Shown here piece by piece: positions 1-8,934 of a stretch of 64,000 nucleotides of DNA. The position numbers and the translations under genes were made by a program. Within the stretch, counting starts at the first letter, position 1, and each line of letters starts with the position of its first letter. Location of the stretch: NCBI GenBank assembly GCA_048885525.1, contig JBHLLP010000003.1, positions 1-64,000 on the forward strand. The letters are read 5' to 3'. Source of the stretch: Candidatus Hermodarchaeota archaeon (GTDB lineage Archaea > Asgardarchaeota > Lokiarchaeia > Sigyniarchaeales > SOKP01). The notes below the pieces were generated by a model. It was not told the origin of the DNA, did not search any database, and was given only the letters and a program-made list of their open reading frames with translations.

Positions 1-246
1 GTTATAAGCTTCGACTGCTCGTTTTATCCATTCTACAAATTCAGCGTTAGTATCGGCAGTTTCGGATGCGAGAAAATTAACGCGTCCTAAGTCTTTATAA
101 GCATTAGCAGCTTCTTTCACTTTTTTCTTATTCAAAAACGATTTACCTGCTTTTTCATATAATCTTGCTGCTTCAGCCCAATTATATAAATTTTCTTCAG
201 TCTGAGCTTTCTCTAACAATTCAGAAAGACTAATTTTTTCAATCAT
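1..246 (-). CDS. TPR/SNAP-like helical repeat protein, N-terminal part only (runs off window start)
   Basis: Not in ORF track; hand translation from ATG at 246: MIEKISLSELLEKAQTEENLYNWAEAARLYEKAGKSFLNKKKVKEAANAYKDLGRVNFLASETADTNAEF..., open to position 1; AARLYEKAG / AANAYKDLG are TPR-like. Confidence 0.75.
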   Translation of the reverse strand, partial: MIEKISLSELLEKAQTEENLYNWAEAARLYEKAGKSFLNKKKVKEAANAYKDLGRVNFLASETADTNAEFVEWIKRAVEAYN

Positions 247-313
247 CTACTTTGAATTACAATCTACTGAAATTCCGATTTTTTATGGACTTATTATTAT
301 TTAAGATACTAAC

Positions 314-367
314 AAAACATTTATACCTAGCAAATTATTTATACCTAAATTAACATTTATATCAAAA
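314..367. repeat. Three imperfect 18-bp tandem units, each containing ATTTATA (TATA-like), in a divergent promoter region
   Basis: aaaacatttatacctagc / aaattatttatacctaaa / ttaacatttatatcaaaa; ATTTATA at 319, 337, 355. Confidence 0.55.
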
Positions 368-407
368 TAAATAAGTTGAATCTTTAGCATTTAAAGGTGA
401 TAGATGA

Positions 408-710
408 ATGTCATATACGATTGCCATAGGTAAGTTTCCAAAAAAACCTGGTTATGTTAATGTTTTAGAAGCTTGTAGAAAAGATTTTAGAAATTTCAAA
501 AAAGATAATGGAAACCATGTAATCGAACGTCTCCACTCACAAATTAAATATCGTGCCCAAATCGGAGCTCCTAATAATGTTTTGATTGAGCAGAATGAGA
601 ATTTAGAAAATGTTAGAAATTTAATTAGTGAAGGAAAAGAAGATGTCGCATTTTCGATATTTTTTCGAACATTTCCAAGCTGTTTACCACACAGAATTAG
701 AAATCTCTAA
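408..710 (+). CDS. Hypothetical protein (100 aa)
   Basis: ORF preceded by SD-like AGGTGA; no recognised motif. Confidence 0.65.
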   Translation: MSYTIAIGKFPKKPGYVNVLEACRKDFRNFKKDNGNHVIERLHSQIKYRAQIGAPNNVLIEQNENLENVRNLISEGKEDVAFSIFFRTFPSCLPHRIRNL

Positions 711-726
711 CATTAATAAATATTTT

Positions 727-1059
727 TTACAGATCTTCTATAGAATTAATTTTCCACAGATATTCCTTAAGATTCAAATTAAATCCATTTAAAAACTTTA
801 TGCCTTCTTGTTCTAATAGAATTTTTTGATATTCACAATCTTCAACTGCCTTTAAAGAAATTTTACCTTTTGAACTGATGACTCGATGCCAAGGAAGATC
901 ATATTTTTTTGATGATGAATGTAAAATCCATGAAACTTGTCTTGCAGCTCTTGGATTTCCAGCTAATTTAGCTATAAATCCATAAGTGAGAACTTTACCT
1001 TCTGGAATTCTTTTTATAATGTTAATAATTCTTTGCGTAAAATCACTAGGAATTGACAA
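727..1059 (-). CDS. Alkyltransferase-like protein (ATL, MGMT family, non-catalytic)
   Basis: IPEGKVLTYGFIAKLAGNPRAARQV HTH; PWHRV with Trp replacing the catalytic Cys of PCHRV. Confidence 0.9.
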   Translation of the reverse strand: MSIPSDFTQRIINIIKRIPEGKVLTYGFIAKLAGNPRAARQVSWILHSSSKKYDLPWHRVISSKGKISLKAVEDCEYQKILLEQEGIKFLNGFNLNLKEYLWKINSIEDL

Positions 1060-1072
1060 TCACCATTTTAAA

Positions 1073-2422
1073 TTACTGATTATATAGGTCAGTAGATTCT
1101 TTTTCAATTTTTTTTGCTAAAATATATAGTTTTTCTAATTTTTCTTTCTTTAATTCTTTTGTTTCGAAAATTATGTGATTACAATCATATTTTGTAAAAT
1201 CGTATTCAGAAATATTTATGCCAAAAGATTCTCTTTCATCCCATAAACGAGATCCTGGGTAGGGTGTTGCTAAAAAGTAATTTAATTCGTCATTTTCATC
1301 CAGTGGTAAAGATTTTATATATTCAATTGTTTGATTAAAACTTTGGTTTGTTTCCCCTGGCAAACCCAATACAAAATATACTTGGATAGTAATCCCATAT
1401 TTCTTTAGATTTATAATTCCCCTTTTAACTAGCTCTGGATCTTGAAATTTGAAATTTCTTTTAAGAACGGTTTCATTTGCAGATTCAACACCAGTTGCTA
1501 CTAATTGACATCCTGCTTTTTTTAACAAACTTGCTTCTTCAGTGCTTATAGTATCTACGCGAAGTTCACACCCCCAAGGTATTGTAATCTTATTTTCAAT
1601 GAACATTCTACAAAAAGCTCTGAAAAAATCTCGATTAATGTTGATATTATCATAAAAGTTGATCTGATTATAAGTTTGTAGAGACTGGATTTCTCTTACT
1701 TCTTCTAATATTGATTTGATGCTTCTGATTCGAGTTTTTTTAAATAAGTTTTGTCTCGAACAGAAAGAACATTGGTTTGGACATCCTCTATTGACAATTA
1801 CGTTTGCTACAGAGTAATAATAATTTTCTTGAGATAATTTATACCGAGCAGGTAAAGGTAAATCCTTTAAGTTTATTGTATCCACAGATTCGGTGACCAT
1901 AAATTTTCCTTCTGAATCAATAAAAGCAAGGCCTTTAACTGATTGTAATTTAGTCTCATAATTACTTATTTTTTTTTTTTCTGAAATTTGAGTTGTTAAT
2001 ATTTTAATTAATTCCAGAAAAGATTTCTCTGCTTCTCCTATACAAATAAAATCGATTAAATTTTCAGTTAATCTGTCATGCTCCAAGATCTCTTTATACA
2101 TAAAGGAAACATGAGGTCCACCAAATATAACGTAACTCTCTTGATTAGTTTTTATTATTCTTGCGATTTTAAGAGCTATATGGAAAGTATTAGTAAGCGA
2201 CGTAATCCCAATAATCTTATATCCAATAGTTCTTTGTTTTATTAGGTTTTCTAATTCAAATTCATTTAAATCTATAAATTGTTCAAGATCTAAGATATCC
2301 ACGGGAATCTCATTTAAATCTAAGATTGCAGCTAAATATAATAATCCTAAATTTGGCTCTCTAAAATATTGTGATCGAAACTCTGAGGGTTTAGAAGTTC
2401 TTGGATTAATTAGCAGAATCAT
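1073..2422 (-). CDS. B12-binding radical SAM protein
   Basis: N-terminal PNLGLLYLAA, GGPHVS cobalamin-binding domain; RGCPNQCSFC CxxxCxxC; TPYPGS. Confidence 0.92.
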   Translation of the reverse strand: MILLINPRTSKPSEFRSQYFREPNLGLLYLAAILDLNEIPVDILDLEQFIDLNEFELENLIKQRTIGYKIIGITSLTNTFHIALKIARIIKTNQESYVIFGGPHVSFMYKEILEHDRLTENLIDFICIGEAEKSFLELIKILTTQISEKKKISNYETKLQSVKGLAFIDSEGKFMVTESVDTINLKDLPLPARYKLSQENYYYSVANVIVNRGCPNQCSFCSRQNLFKKTRIRSIKSILEEVREIQSLQTYNQINFYDNININRDFFRAFCRMFIENKITIPWGCELRVDTISTEEASLLKKAGCQLVATGVESANETVLKRNFKFQDPELVKRGIINLKKYGITIQVYFVLGLPGETNQSFNQTIEYIKSLPLDENDELNYFLATPYPGSRLWDERESFGINISEYDFTKYDCNHIIFETKELKKEKLEKLYILAKKIEKESTDLYNQ

Positions 2423-3224
2423 CTTGGGTACTAGCTTGGCTTTCTTCAGGTAATTTCTTGGGAATTTGAAATGCTTTAATTAAGGATTTTATGGAACCTG
2501 GTTTAGTAAATTTATCTTCAAGGATAATAGGGATTTCAATTTTAAATGGGGGAGATTTATCATCTTTATTGATATATAACTCAATTCCCTGAACATTTCT
2601 TTCTTTTATTATTAGTCGTGTTGAGTAATTATGATCTTGAAAAAAAGTAAAACCATTATTCAATCTTCCTAGTTTGACTGGATTAATTGTTGTTTTTTCT
2701 TCTTTAAGAAAAGATTCAGTAGTTTCTTCCTCTGTAAATATAGTACCTCCTATTATCATGAACCTTCGAATAAGATTATATGGTTGAGGAAACTGATTTA
2801 TATATTCAATTGCTTTAGATGCTTTTGGAGTTGAAATTGAAACATCTACAACGTATTTATCTGGAGTCGGTTGTGGAAAGTCTTTATTCTCAATTGGAAC
2901 TGCTCTTCCTCCACCAATTGGCTTTTCTATTAATTCTTGAAATTCTTGGTCTTCTTTTGAATACATATTCAACGGATATACCCTATAGAATAAACGTAAC
3001 TGTTGCCTTAGCATTCCAGCTAAAATTCCACCATAGAGTTGGACTTTAAAAGGGCTATGAGATCCATTATAGGTCCAAATTCTCTTAGTGTCGTGATCGA
3101 CTAGTAAATATACTCTTTCAATGCTAGTTTCGTTTAATATATCTCCTACAGTCTGTCCCTGAACTACCTCTTTCATTTCCATATAAGGAAATTCATTTAA
3201 CTCAATTACTTCAAATATTTGCAT
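2406..3224 (-). CDS. Putative divergent gelsolin-like domain protein with unknown C-terminal domain
   Basis: ERVYLLVDHDTKRIWTYNGSHS...A..L matches the gelsolin repeat core (VFILD...IxxWxG..S). Confidence 0.55.
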   Translation of the reverse strand: MQIFEVIELNEFPYMEMKEVVQGQTVGDILNETSIERVYLLVDHDTKRIWTYNGSHSPFKVQLYGGILAGMLRQQLRLFYRVYPLNMYSKEDQEFQELIEKPIGGGRAVPIENKDFPQPTPDKYVVDVSISTPKASKAIEYINQFPQPYNLIRRFMIIGGTIFTEEETTESFLKEEKTTINPVKLGRLNNGFTFFQDHNYSTRLIIKERNVQGIELYINKDDKSPPFKIEIPIILEDKFTKPGSIKSLIKAFQIPKKLPEESQASTQDDSAN

Positions 3225-3398
3225 CTGGGTATATCCATTAATTTCTTATATAATTTTAATATGTAATTCCTTAAAATAAATTTCATCATCTCTATTAATT
3301 AAGATAATAAATCCTATCAATCAAATTCCATAAAATTTTTATGAAAAAATACATTTTAGAAGTTAATCTTGCTTTTTTAAGTTCTGTTTTGATGTATC

Positions 3399-3797
3399 GT
3401 GTCTTCTGAAAAAATCGTATATAAACTGAATATTAGCGGTGGAAATGAAGGACCCGGAAAAGGATTATCTAAGCTTATTGAGATTGATGAGAAGAAATTT
3501 CGGTTTGAAGGAATGAAAATTGGAGATATCATCAAGGGGGGACTCATAGGTTTTCCAAATTATGAATTTGAGATTACTGGTGGAAGCGATTCAAGTGGTT
3601 TTCCGATGAGAAAAGATGTTCATGGACCCGTGAAGAAGAGAATACTTGTTTCTAAGCGAGGAATTGGGTATAATCCCATAAGAAAGGGACAAAAAAGAAG
3701 GAAAACAGTTCGAGGTAATGAGATAACTCATGACATGACGTTAATTAATCTAAAAATCATAAAATACGGGGAATCTGAGCTTTTTAAAAAGGAATAA
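3399..3797 (+). CDS. rps6e: 30S ribosomal protein S6e
   Basis: ITGGSDSSGFPMRKDVHG, GQKRRKTVRGN; GTG start. Confidence 0.97.
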   Translation: MSSEKIVYKLNISGGNEGPGKGLSKLIEIDEKKFRFEGMKIGDIIKGGLIGFPNYEFEITGGSDSSGFPMRKDVHGPVKKRILVSKRGIGYNPIRKGQKRRKTVRGNEITHDMTLINLKIIKYGESELFKKE

Positions 3798-3827
3798 AAA
3801 TGAAAATTATTAAGGAGAGGATTAAGC

Positions 3828-4010
3828 ATGGTTAAAGTCAAAAAATGCTCATTTTGTGGATTTGATATAGCTATCGGAAGAGGAATCATGTTTGTAAAAA
3901 GAGATGGCACAGTTTTAAATTTTTGTACCAATAAATGCCGAAAAGCCATGCTTGATTATAGAAAGAAAGCAAGAAAGACGAGATGGACTAGTTACTACGG
4001 GAAACAATAA
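3828..4010 (+). CDS. rpl24e: 50S ribosomal protein L24e
   Basis: CSFCG..I..GRGIMFVKRDG..FC..KC, RWT; SD AGGAGAGG. Confidence 0.97.
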   Translation: MVKVKKCSFCGFDIAIGRGIMFVKRDGTVLNFCTNKCRKAMLDYRKKARKTRWTSYYGKQ

Positions 4011-4059
4011 TAGGTTTTGTAGTTATTTATTCTTTCGGATATTTCAAAAAAAATTTTAA

Positions 4060-4260
4060 TTACTGTAAGCGTGGAAATTTAAGTAATTCATCAATCAAGT
4101 CAACGTGCGAAACTATCATTCTTTTGCAACAAAAACGCTCAATTCCCAACTCTTTAAAGGCTTTTTCAGAAGGTTCTCCTTTTTCAAGAAATTCTAAATA
4201 TGGTTCATATACATGAGCAATGAGCTTACCGCATGAGAAACAACGAATAGGTATAATCAT
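4060..4260 (-). CDS. rpo10: RNA polymerase subunit Rpo10 (RpoN)
   Basis: MIIPIRCFSCGK...RFCCKRMIVSHVD. Confidence 0.97.
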   Translation of the reverse strand: MIIPIRCFSCGKLIAHVYEPYLEFLEKGEPSEKAFKELGIERFCCKRMIVSHVDLIDELLKFPRLQ

Positions 4261-4351
4261 ACTTTATTAAAAGAAGCATTTTAAAAAAATTTTTAGGTTT
4301 TTACCTAAATAATAAATTTTATTTGTTATCCTTTACTAAGGTTCTCATACT

Positions 4352-4403
4352 ATCTCGATGATTTATGATAATATATCTAAAATAAAATATATTTGAAGGA
4401 GAT
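4352..4403 (+). promoter_or_regulatory. Predicted K-turn leader (tandem K-turns) in rpl7ae 5' UTR overlapping the SD
   Basis: Stem AAUAUAU(4370-76)/AUAUAUU(4387-93) closed by U.U, A.G, G.A pairs and a UAU bulge; second GAU bulge + GA/GA module just outside. Confidence 0.55.
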
Positions 4404-4405
4404 GA

Positions 4406-4783
4406 TTGAAGATATCTTATATAAAATTTAAGATTCCAGACAAATTAAAAACTCAAATAAAGAATGGTTTAAGTCAGATAGCAGAGACACGCGACTCTAA
4501 AATAAGAAAAGGAATGAATGAAGTAACTAAATCTATTGAACGTGTGCAAGCTAAGTTTGTTGTTATGGCAGAAGATGTAAGCCCTCCAGAGATACTATTT
4601 CATGTCCCACTTTTATGTGAAGAAAAAGGTATACCTTATGGTTATTTATCAACTAAAAAAGAACTTGGAAATACAGTGCGAATCAATGTATCTTCAAGTG
4701 CTATTGCTATTGAAAATGTTGGTACGGGAAATGAGAGTGTATTAAATGAAGTAATTAAAAATTTAGAACAGATAAAGAAATAA
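4406..4783 (+). CDS. rpl7ae: 50S ribosomal protein L7Ae
   Basis: [35 protein letters not shown]; TTG start. Confidence 0.97.
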   Translation: MKISYIKFKIPDKLKTQIKNGLSQIAETRDSKIRKGMNEVTKSIERVQAKFVVMAEDVSPPEILFHVPLLCEEKGIPYGYLSTKKELGNTVRINVSSSAIAIENVGTGNESVLNEVIKNLEQIKK

Positions 4784-4802
4784 ATTAATTTGGTGGATTA
4801 TA

Positions 4803-5048
4803 TTGGTTAAATTAGACAAATCCAAAGGAATTCAAGTTCAAGACTTTTCCATTCCCGCCCAAGTAATTCAAATTATCGGTCGAACGGGACTTACTGGAGA
4901 AATAACGCAAATTAAAGTTCGTATTTTAAAGGGTCCTGATAAAAATCGTATCTTAACTCGGAATGTTAAGGGTCCGATAAAAATGAATGATGTTGTAATC
5001 CTAAGGGAAGTTGAACGAGAAGCACGGAAGATTCGGGGACGTCGATAA
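4803..5048 (+). CDS. rps28e: 30S ribosomal protein S28e
   Basis: [31 protein letters not shown]; TTG start with GGTGG SD. Confidence 0.97.
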   Translation: MVKLDKSKGIQVQDFSIPAQVIQIIGRTGLTGEITQIKVRILKGPDKNRILTRNVKGPIKMNDVVILREVEREARKIRGRR

Positions 5049-5159
5049 TATTACTAATATTTTGAAAAACACCTTATTCCTCAATTTCTCTAACCTTTTG
5101 GTAATGGTTATTTTCCTGATTAGCAAAATAGTAATTAGGTAGTTAATTACTTTTTTTCT

Positions 5160-6014
5160 CTAATTTTTTCCTCGTACTTTGTCAGACAAATTTTTAGTTA
5201 TCTTGAATTCTTCTGTCTGAACAAGTAAATTTAATGAATTTTTAGCTTTTGTGAAATCTTCCTTTAAAATCTCATTGTAGTAAATCTCCGTTAATAAATT
5301 AAATGCCTTATTACTTATTTTAACTCTATCATCATTATTCATCTTCTCCGAAAGTTTTCCAAATCCTTGATGCTGAGAATCAATTTGAACACCGGTACTA
5401 TTAAGAAACATAGCTAATTTCGTATAGTGTCCTATTATTAAAATCAATTCTAGTATCTGCTTCTCATTATAATTTTCTGAAAGTTTACTCCATGTATCAT
5501 CACAAATAAAATAGTTCTCGTGAAGTTCATCTGCAGTGCGTAATATTAGAGTATCAGTAAGACTCCATCCAGCTGCATCTGGTCCTTTAAGTATCCTTAT
5601 TATTTCTTCTGCAGTAAATCCAATTATCAATCCGATAAAAATATGATGAATACACTCATAGTCAGCTTGACATAGCCACCCCGTTCTAATAATACATAAT
5701 TCTCTCTCTCTATCGGAAATTGAAGGTTTAGGTTGCTCTCGTAGATAATAAGGAGAAAGATGTGGAAATAAGTCCTCATATTTACGACCTGTTCTAGAAA
5801 CATTAAGGGCAATTATTTCTAAGAAATTTATCTTCTCAACATCAAGTTTAGATACATCCAATTCAAAAAACTGAGAGGGTTCTGATAATTTGAAAATTTG
5901 TGTCATTCGCATGAGGAAATCTTTTTTTTCTCCTTCATCCCATTCTGAGTATTTAGCAGGCATTACCCTCGGTACTGATAGCCGTTTTCTCTTAATAATT
6001 TCTTTTTCTATCAT
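5160..6014 (-). CDS. Carboxymuconolactone decarboxylase/AhpD-like family protein
   Basis: RERELCIIRTGWLCQADYE..HH, ADELH...DDTWSKL, ILELILIIGHY. Confidence 0.75.
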   Translation of the reverse strand: MIEKEIIKRKRLSVPRVMPAKYSEWDEGEKKDFLMRMTQIFKLSEPSQFFELDVSKLDVEKINFLEIIALNVSRTGRKYEDLFPHLSPYYLREQPKPSISDRERELCIIRTGWLCQADYECIHHIFIGLIIGFTAEEIIRILKGPDAAGWSLTDTLILRTADELHENYFICDDTWSKLSENYNEKQILELILIIGHYTKLAMFLNSTGVQIDSQHQGFGKLSEKMNNDDRVKISNKAFNLLTEIYYNEILKEDFTKAKNSLNLLVQTEEFKITKNLSDKVRGKN

Positions 6015-6202
6015 AAAAAAACACCATTATCTATTCTCTCTTGAATTCTATACATGAATTTCCTTTATAATTATTATTCTGTTTTCGAGGGTATAAAAAA
6101 CTTTCATATCAAGTGTTTACATTAATGTAAGAATAAGAATCACATATATGAAAAATAAAGCAAATTTTTAATGAAAGTTTGTAAATATCAAATTTTAAAT
6201 AC

Positions 6203-6361
6203 TTAGATTTTAAATCTGATTAATTCATTTTTTAAATCTTCTGCAAGGGTACCTAATTTATTCGCAGTTGCAGAAACCTCTTCCATTGAGGCAGTCTGTT
6301 GTATGGTAGAGGAGCTTATCCCTGTAACGTCGGTAATATTACTGATAATTTGAAATACGTC
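6203..6361 (-). pseudogene. Remnant of a methyl-accepting chemotaxis-like C-terminus
   Basis: Hand translation DVFQIISNITDVTGISSSTIQQTASMEEVSATANKLGTLAEDLKNELIRFKI*; preceded by in-frame TAA (6362-6364), no start codon at the 5' end. Confidence 0.6.
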
Positions 6362-6558
6362 TTATTCTTCTATCAGTATTTTTGAAAATTGCTTTATTAT
6401 ATGTTGAAATTATTTTTAACATAATTTTTTACAGAATTTCTTTCATCTTATTTTTTTAAATTTCAAAAAATATGAAAACATTTAAATATGTTAGTTATTT
6501 TAATTTTATTGTTGGTTTCATAAAGTTTGAAATTTAAGAAAAATTTTGATGATTAAAA

Positions 6559-8310
6559 ATGGCTCTAAAAAAACAATCAACTGTTATGGAAGAGACTGAA
6601 TTTATTATTGTTGGTGAGATGACTCATAGAGATCATAAAAATCTTAAAAATTTATTGATGTTTATAATAGTTCTGATTATTACTTTAACTTGTTTAGATC
6701 TTAATAAAGCACAGAGTTATAATAATTATGAAAGAGTGCAATTTAAATCATCTGGGGCTACACTTTTTGCAAACTTATATTATCCATCAAACGAATTAGG
6801 ATTTCAAGAAAAACAGCCATTAATAATATATTGTCATGGTATTGCTTCAAAAAGAGATTTTGACCTTAGAATACCAATTGAATTTACTAAGAGGGGTTTT
6901 TATGTCGCTGCATTGGATTATCAAGGTCATGGTGAAAGTGGCGGAAACATTAATAATATTGATCCTGATACAGGTATTCCCGCATTAGCTCAAGATTGTT
7001 CAAGACTTTTGGATAAATTGGAAACCATGCCATTTTATTTAAAAATAAATACATCACAAATTGGCTTAATCGGTCATTCACTGGGAGGAATGGTTGTATT
7101 GATGAATCAAGCTCTAGATCCACGCTTTATTGTAACTGTTGCCTTAGCTCCACTTGTTAATTTTATCCCTCCAAAATATGGATTTTTGGATAATGAAAAT
7201 CTCATTAAATATATTCCTGTCAACTTATTAAATGAAAATAACACTCAAAATTTATTAATAATAATGCATGTTGAAGATAAAGCATTGGATTTTACAGAAA
7301 ACGCCTTGAAGGCCCAAGAGTTAACAAATTGTACTGTTATACCAATCTCAGGTTCATTATTAGGCGGTGGACATCAATTATTTTCAGACAAGGTTCTTAT
7401 CAACTCAATTAACTGGTTTGAAAACCACTTCTTTAGTTCTACAACTCTAAATGGACCTATCGTTATCACATTTTATTTAAATTATGTTTTAATTTTCGCA
7501 AACATTATCTTATTGTTTATAATTGTTATATCGCTAATCTCAATTTCAAGTAGGATATTTTTTAGAAAAAATCAAAAGGCTAGGGAGTCCAATTTAAGAA
7601 ATTATAAACCAATGTCGTCCAATTCGAATAAGAAAAAAGATATGATAAAAGTTATTTTAATTATCAGTAGTTTCTTATTGAATTGGGTAATATTTAATAA
7701 AATATTTGGAATAAAAGGGATTCTTTTTGGTTCCCTAGATTTCATACTCATATATGCAATTATAAAAATATTTATTTATTTCCGAAGACCTAAGCATAAG
7801 CGAGATAAACAACAAATAATAAAATTAATAAAATCTCAATTTAACCTGAAATATATTATATTTGCCATAATATGTACTGTTTATTTAATTGGAATTTATA
7901 TGATTTTTTCTTTTTATTACCCTTTTGGTTTCATATGGCCTTCTAATTTTGTTGTTCATATTATTCTAGGATATCTAGCTTTTCCAATATTCTTATCAAT
8001 TGAAATTTTACTTAGAAAAGTTATTTATCCAAAACTAAGCAAATTAAAATCAGAGAGTTCCAAGAATAGACTTTTGTTTCTCACAAGTTTTATAGTTATA
8101 ATAAGTCTGATGCTATTGACAATGCGAATATCCCATTTCCCAAGTGTGTTATTCATGTACATAATATTCTTATTGGTCATTATTCTAAATACTAAAATCC
8201 TGCAAAATGTCAAATCATTTTATCCGATTATTATAATTTCTTTTAGCATTGTTCAAATTTTCTTTGCAGCTGTCCTTTCAAATGCAATAGGAGTAAGTAT
8301 TATTTTATAA
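6559..8310 (+). CDS. Alpha/beta hydrolase with N-terminal signal/TM and C-terminal multi-pass membrane domain
   Basis: HG, DYQGHGES, GHSLGG nucleophile elbow, GGGH; many hydrophobic segments after aa ~305. Confidence 0.85.
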   Translation: MALKKQSTVMEETEFIIVGEMTHRDHKNLKNLLMFIIVLIITLTCLDLNKAQSYNNYERVQFKSSGATLFANLYYPSNELGFQEKQPLIIYCHGIASKRDFDLRIPIEFTKRGFYVAALDYQGHGESGGNINNIDPDTGIPALAQDCSRLLDKLETMPFYLKINTSQIGLIGHSLGGMVVLMNQALDPRFIVTVALAPLVNFIPPKYGFLDNENLIKYIPVNLLNENNTQNLLIIMHVEDKALDFTENALKAQELTNCTVIPISGSLLGGGHQLFSDKVLINSINWFENHFFSSTTLNGPIVITFYLNYVLIFANIILLFIIVISLISISSRIFFRKNQKARESNLRNYKPMSSNSNKKKDMIKVILIISSFLLNWVIFNKIFGIKGILFGSLDFILIYAIIKIFIYFRRPKHKRDKQQIIKLIKSQFNLKYIIFAIICTVYLIGIYMIFSFYYPFGFIWPSNFVVHIILGYLAFPIFLSIEILLRKVIYPKLSKLKSESSKNRLLFLTSFIVIISLMLLTMRISHFPSVLFMYIIFLLVIILNTKILQNVKSFYPIIIISFSIVQIFFAAVLSNAIGVSIIL

Positions 8311-8406
8311 TAAAGATAAATACTAAAGCTAATTATTTATACCTTTTTTTCTACTAATTCTTTAACTTATTTAGTACTTTTTAAATCTATTTTAAGATAT
8401 GAATAC

Positions 8407-8922
8407 ATGTTTTATACAATTCTAGATGACTTAATTCTTTATCAACGCTTAACTATTATGCCATGTAAATATTCAAATTATGAGCTCAAACTTCATAAAT
8501 ATTTTTATGACAAAACAGAAATAGACCCTTCATTTATTATAATTATTAAAATCGAAGATCTTGATTTCATCTTCTTTTTTGTAAGACAAGATCAATATTT
8601 TCAAGCAAAAACATATCTAAACTCAATAAGAAATAACATAAAAACTAGGAAAGTCTTGATAATAGGAGTTGATAAAACATTGATACATCTACTTTTCAAT
8701 CTATTTCCAGATTTATGTATAGATGATATAAAAATAGAAATAAATAATATAAAAGGAGAATATGAAATCACTATTTGCTTTTTAAAAGACTTAAATATCT
8801 ATCATATTGCAGTGGGTGAACGTGGGTCCTATATTAAAGCTGTAAATAAATTAATGAAGAAATATATAACTTTTAACGATAGTGTGACTCCTATAACAAT
8901 TAGATGTAGGGTATCTAAGTAA
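8407..8922 (+). CDS. Divergent archaeal NusA-like KH-domain protein
   Basis: LFNLFP...DDIKIE...HIAVGERGSYIKAVNKL resembles the NusA KH motif (AIGKxGxNI). Confidence 0.55.
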   Translation: MFYTILDDLILYQRLTIMPCKYSNYELKLHKYFYDKTEIDPSFIIIIKIEDLDFIFFFVRQDQYFQAKTYLNSIRNNIKTRKVLIIGVDKTLIHLLFNLFPDLCIDDIKIEINNIKGEYEITICFLKDLNIYHIAVGERGSYIKAVNKLMKKYITFNDSVTPITIRCRVSK

Positions 8923-8934
8923 ATTTAGGGTTTT

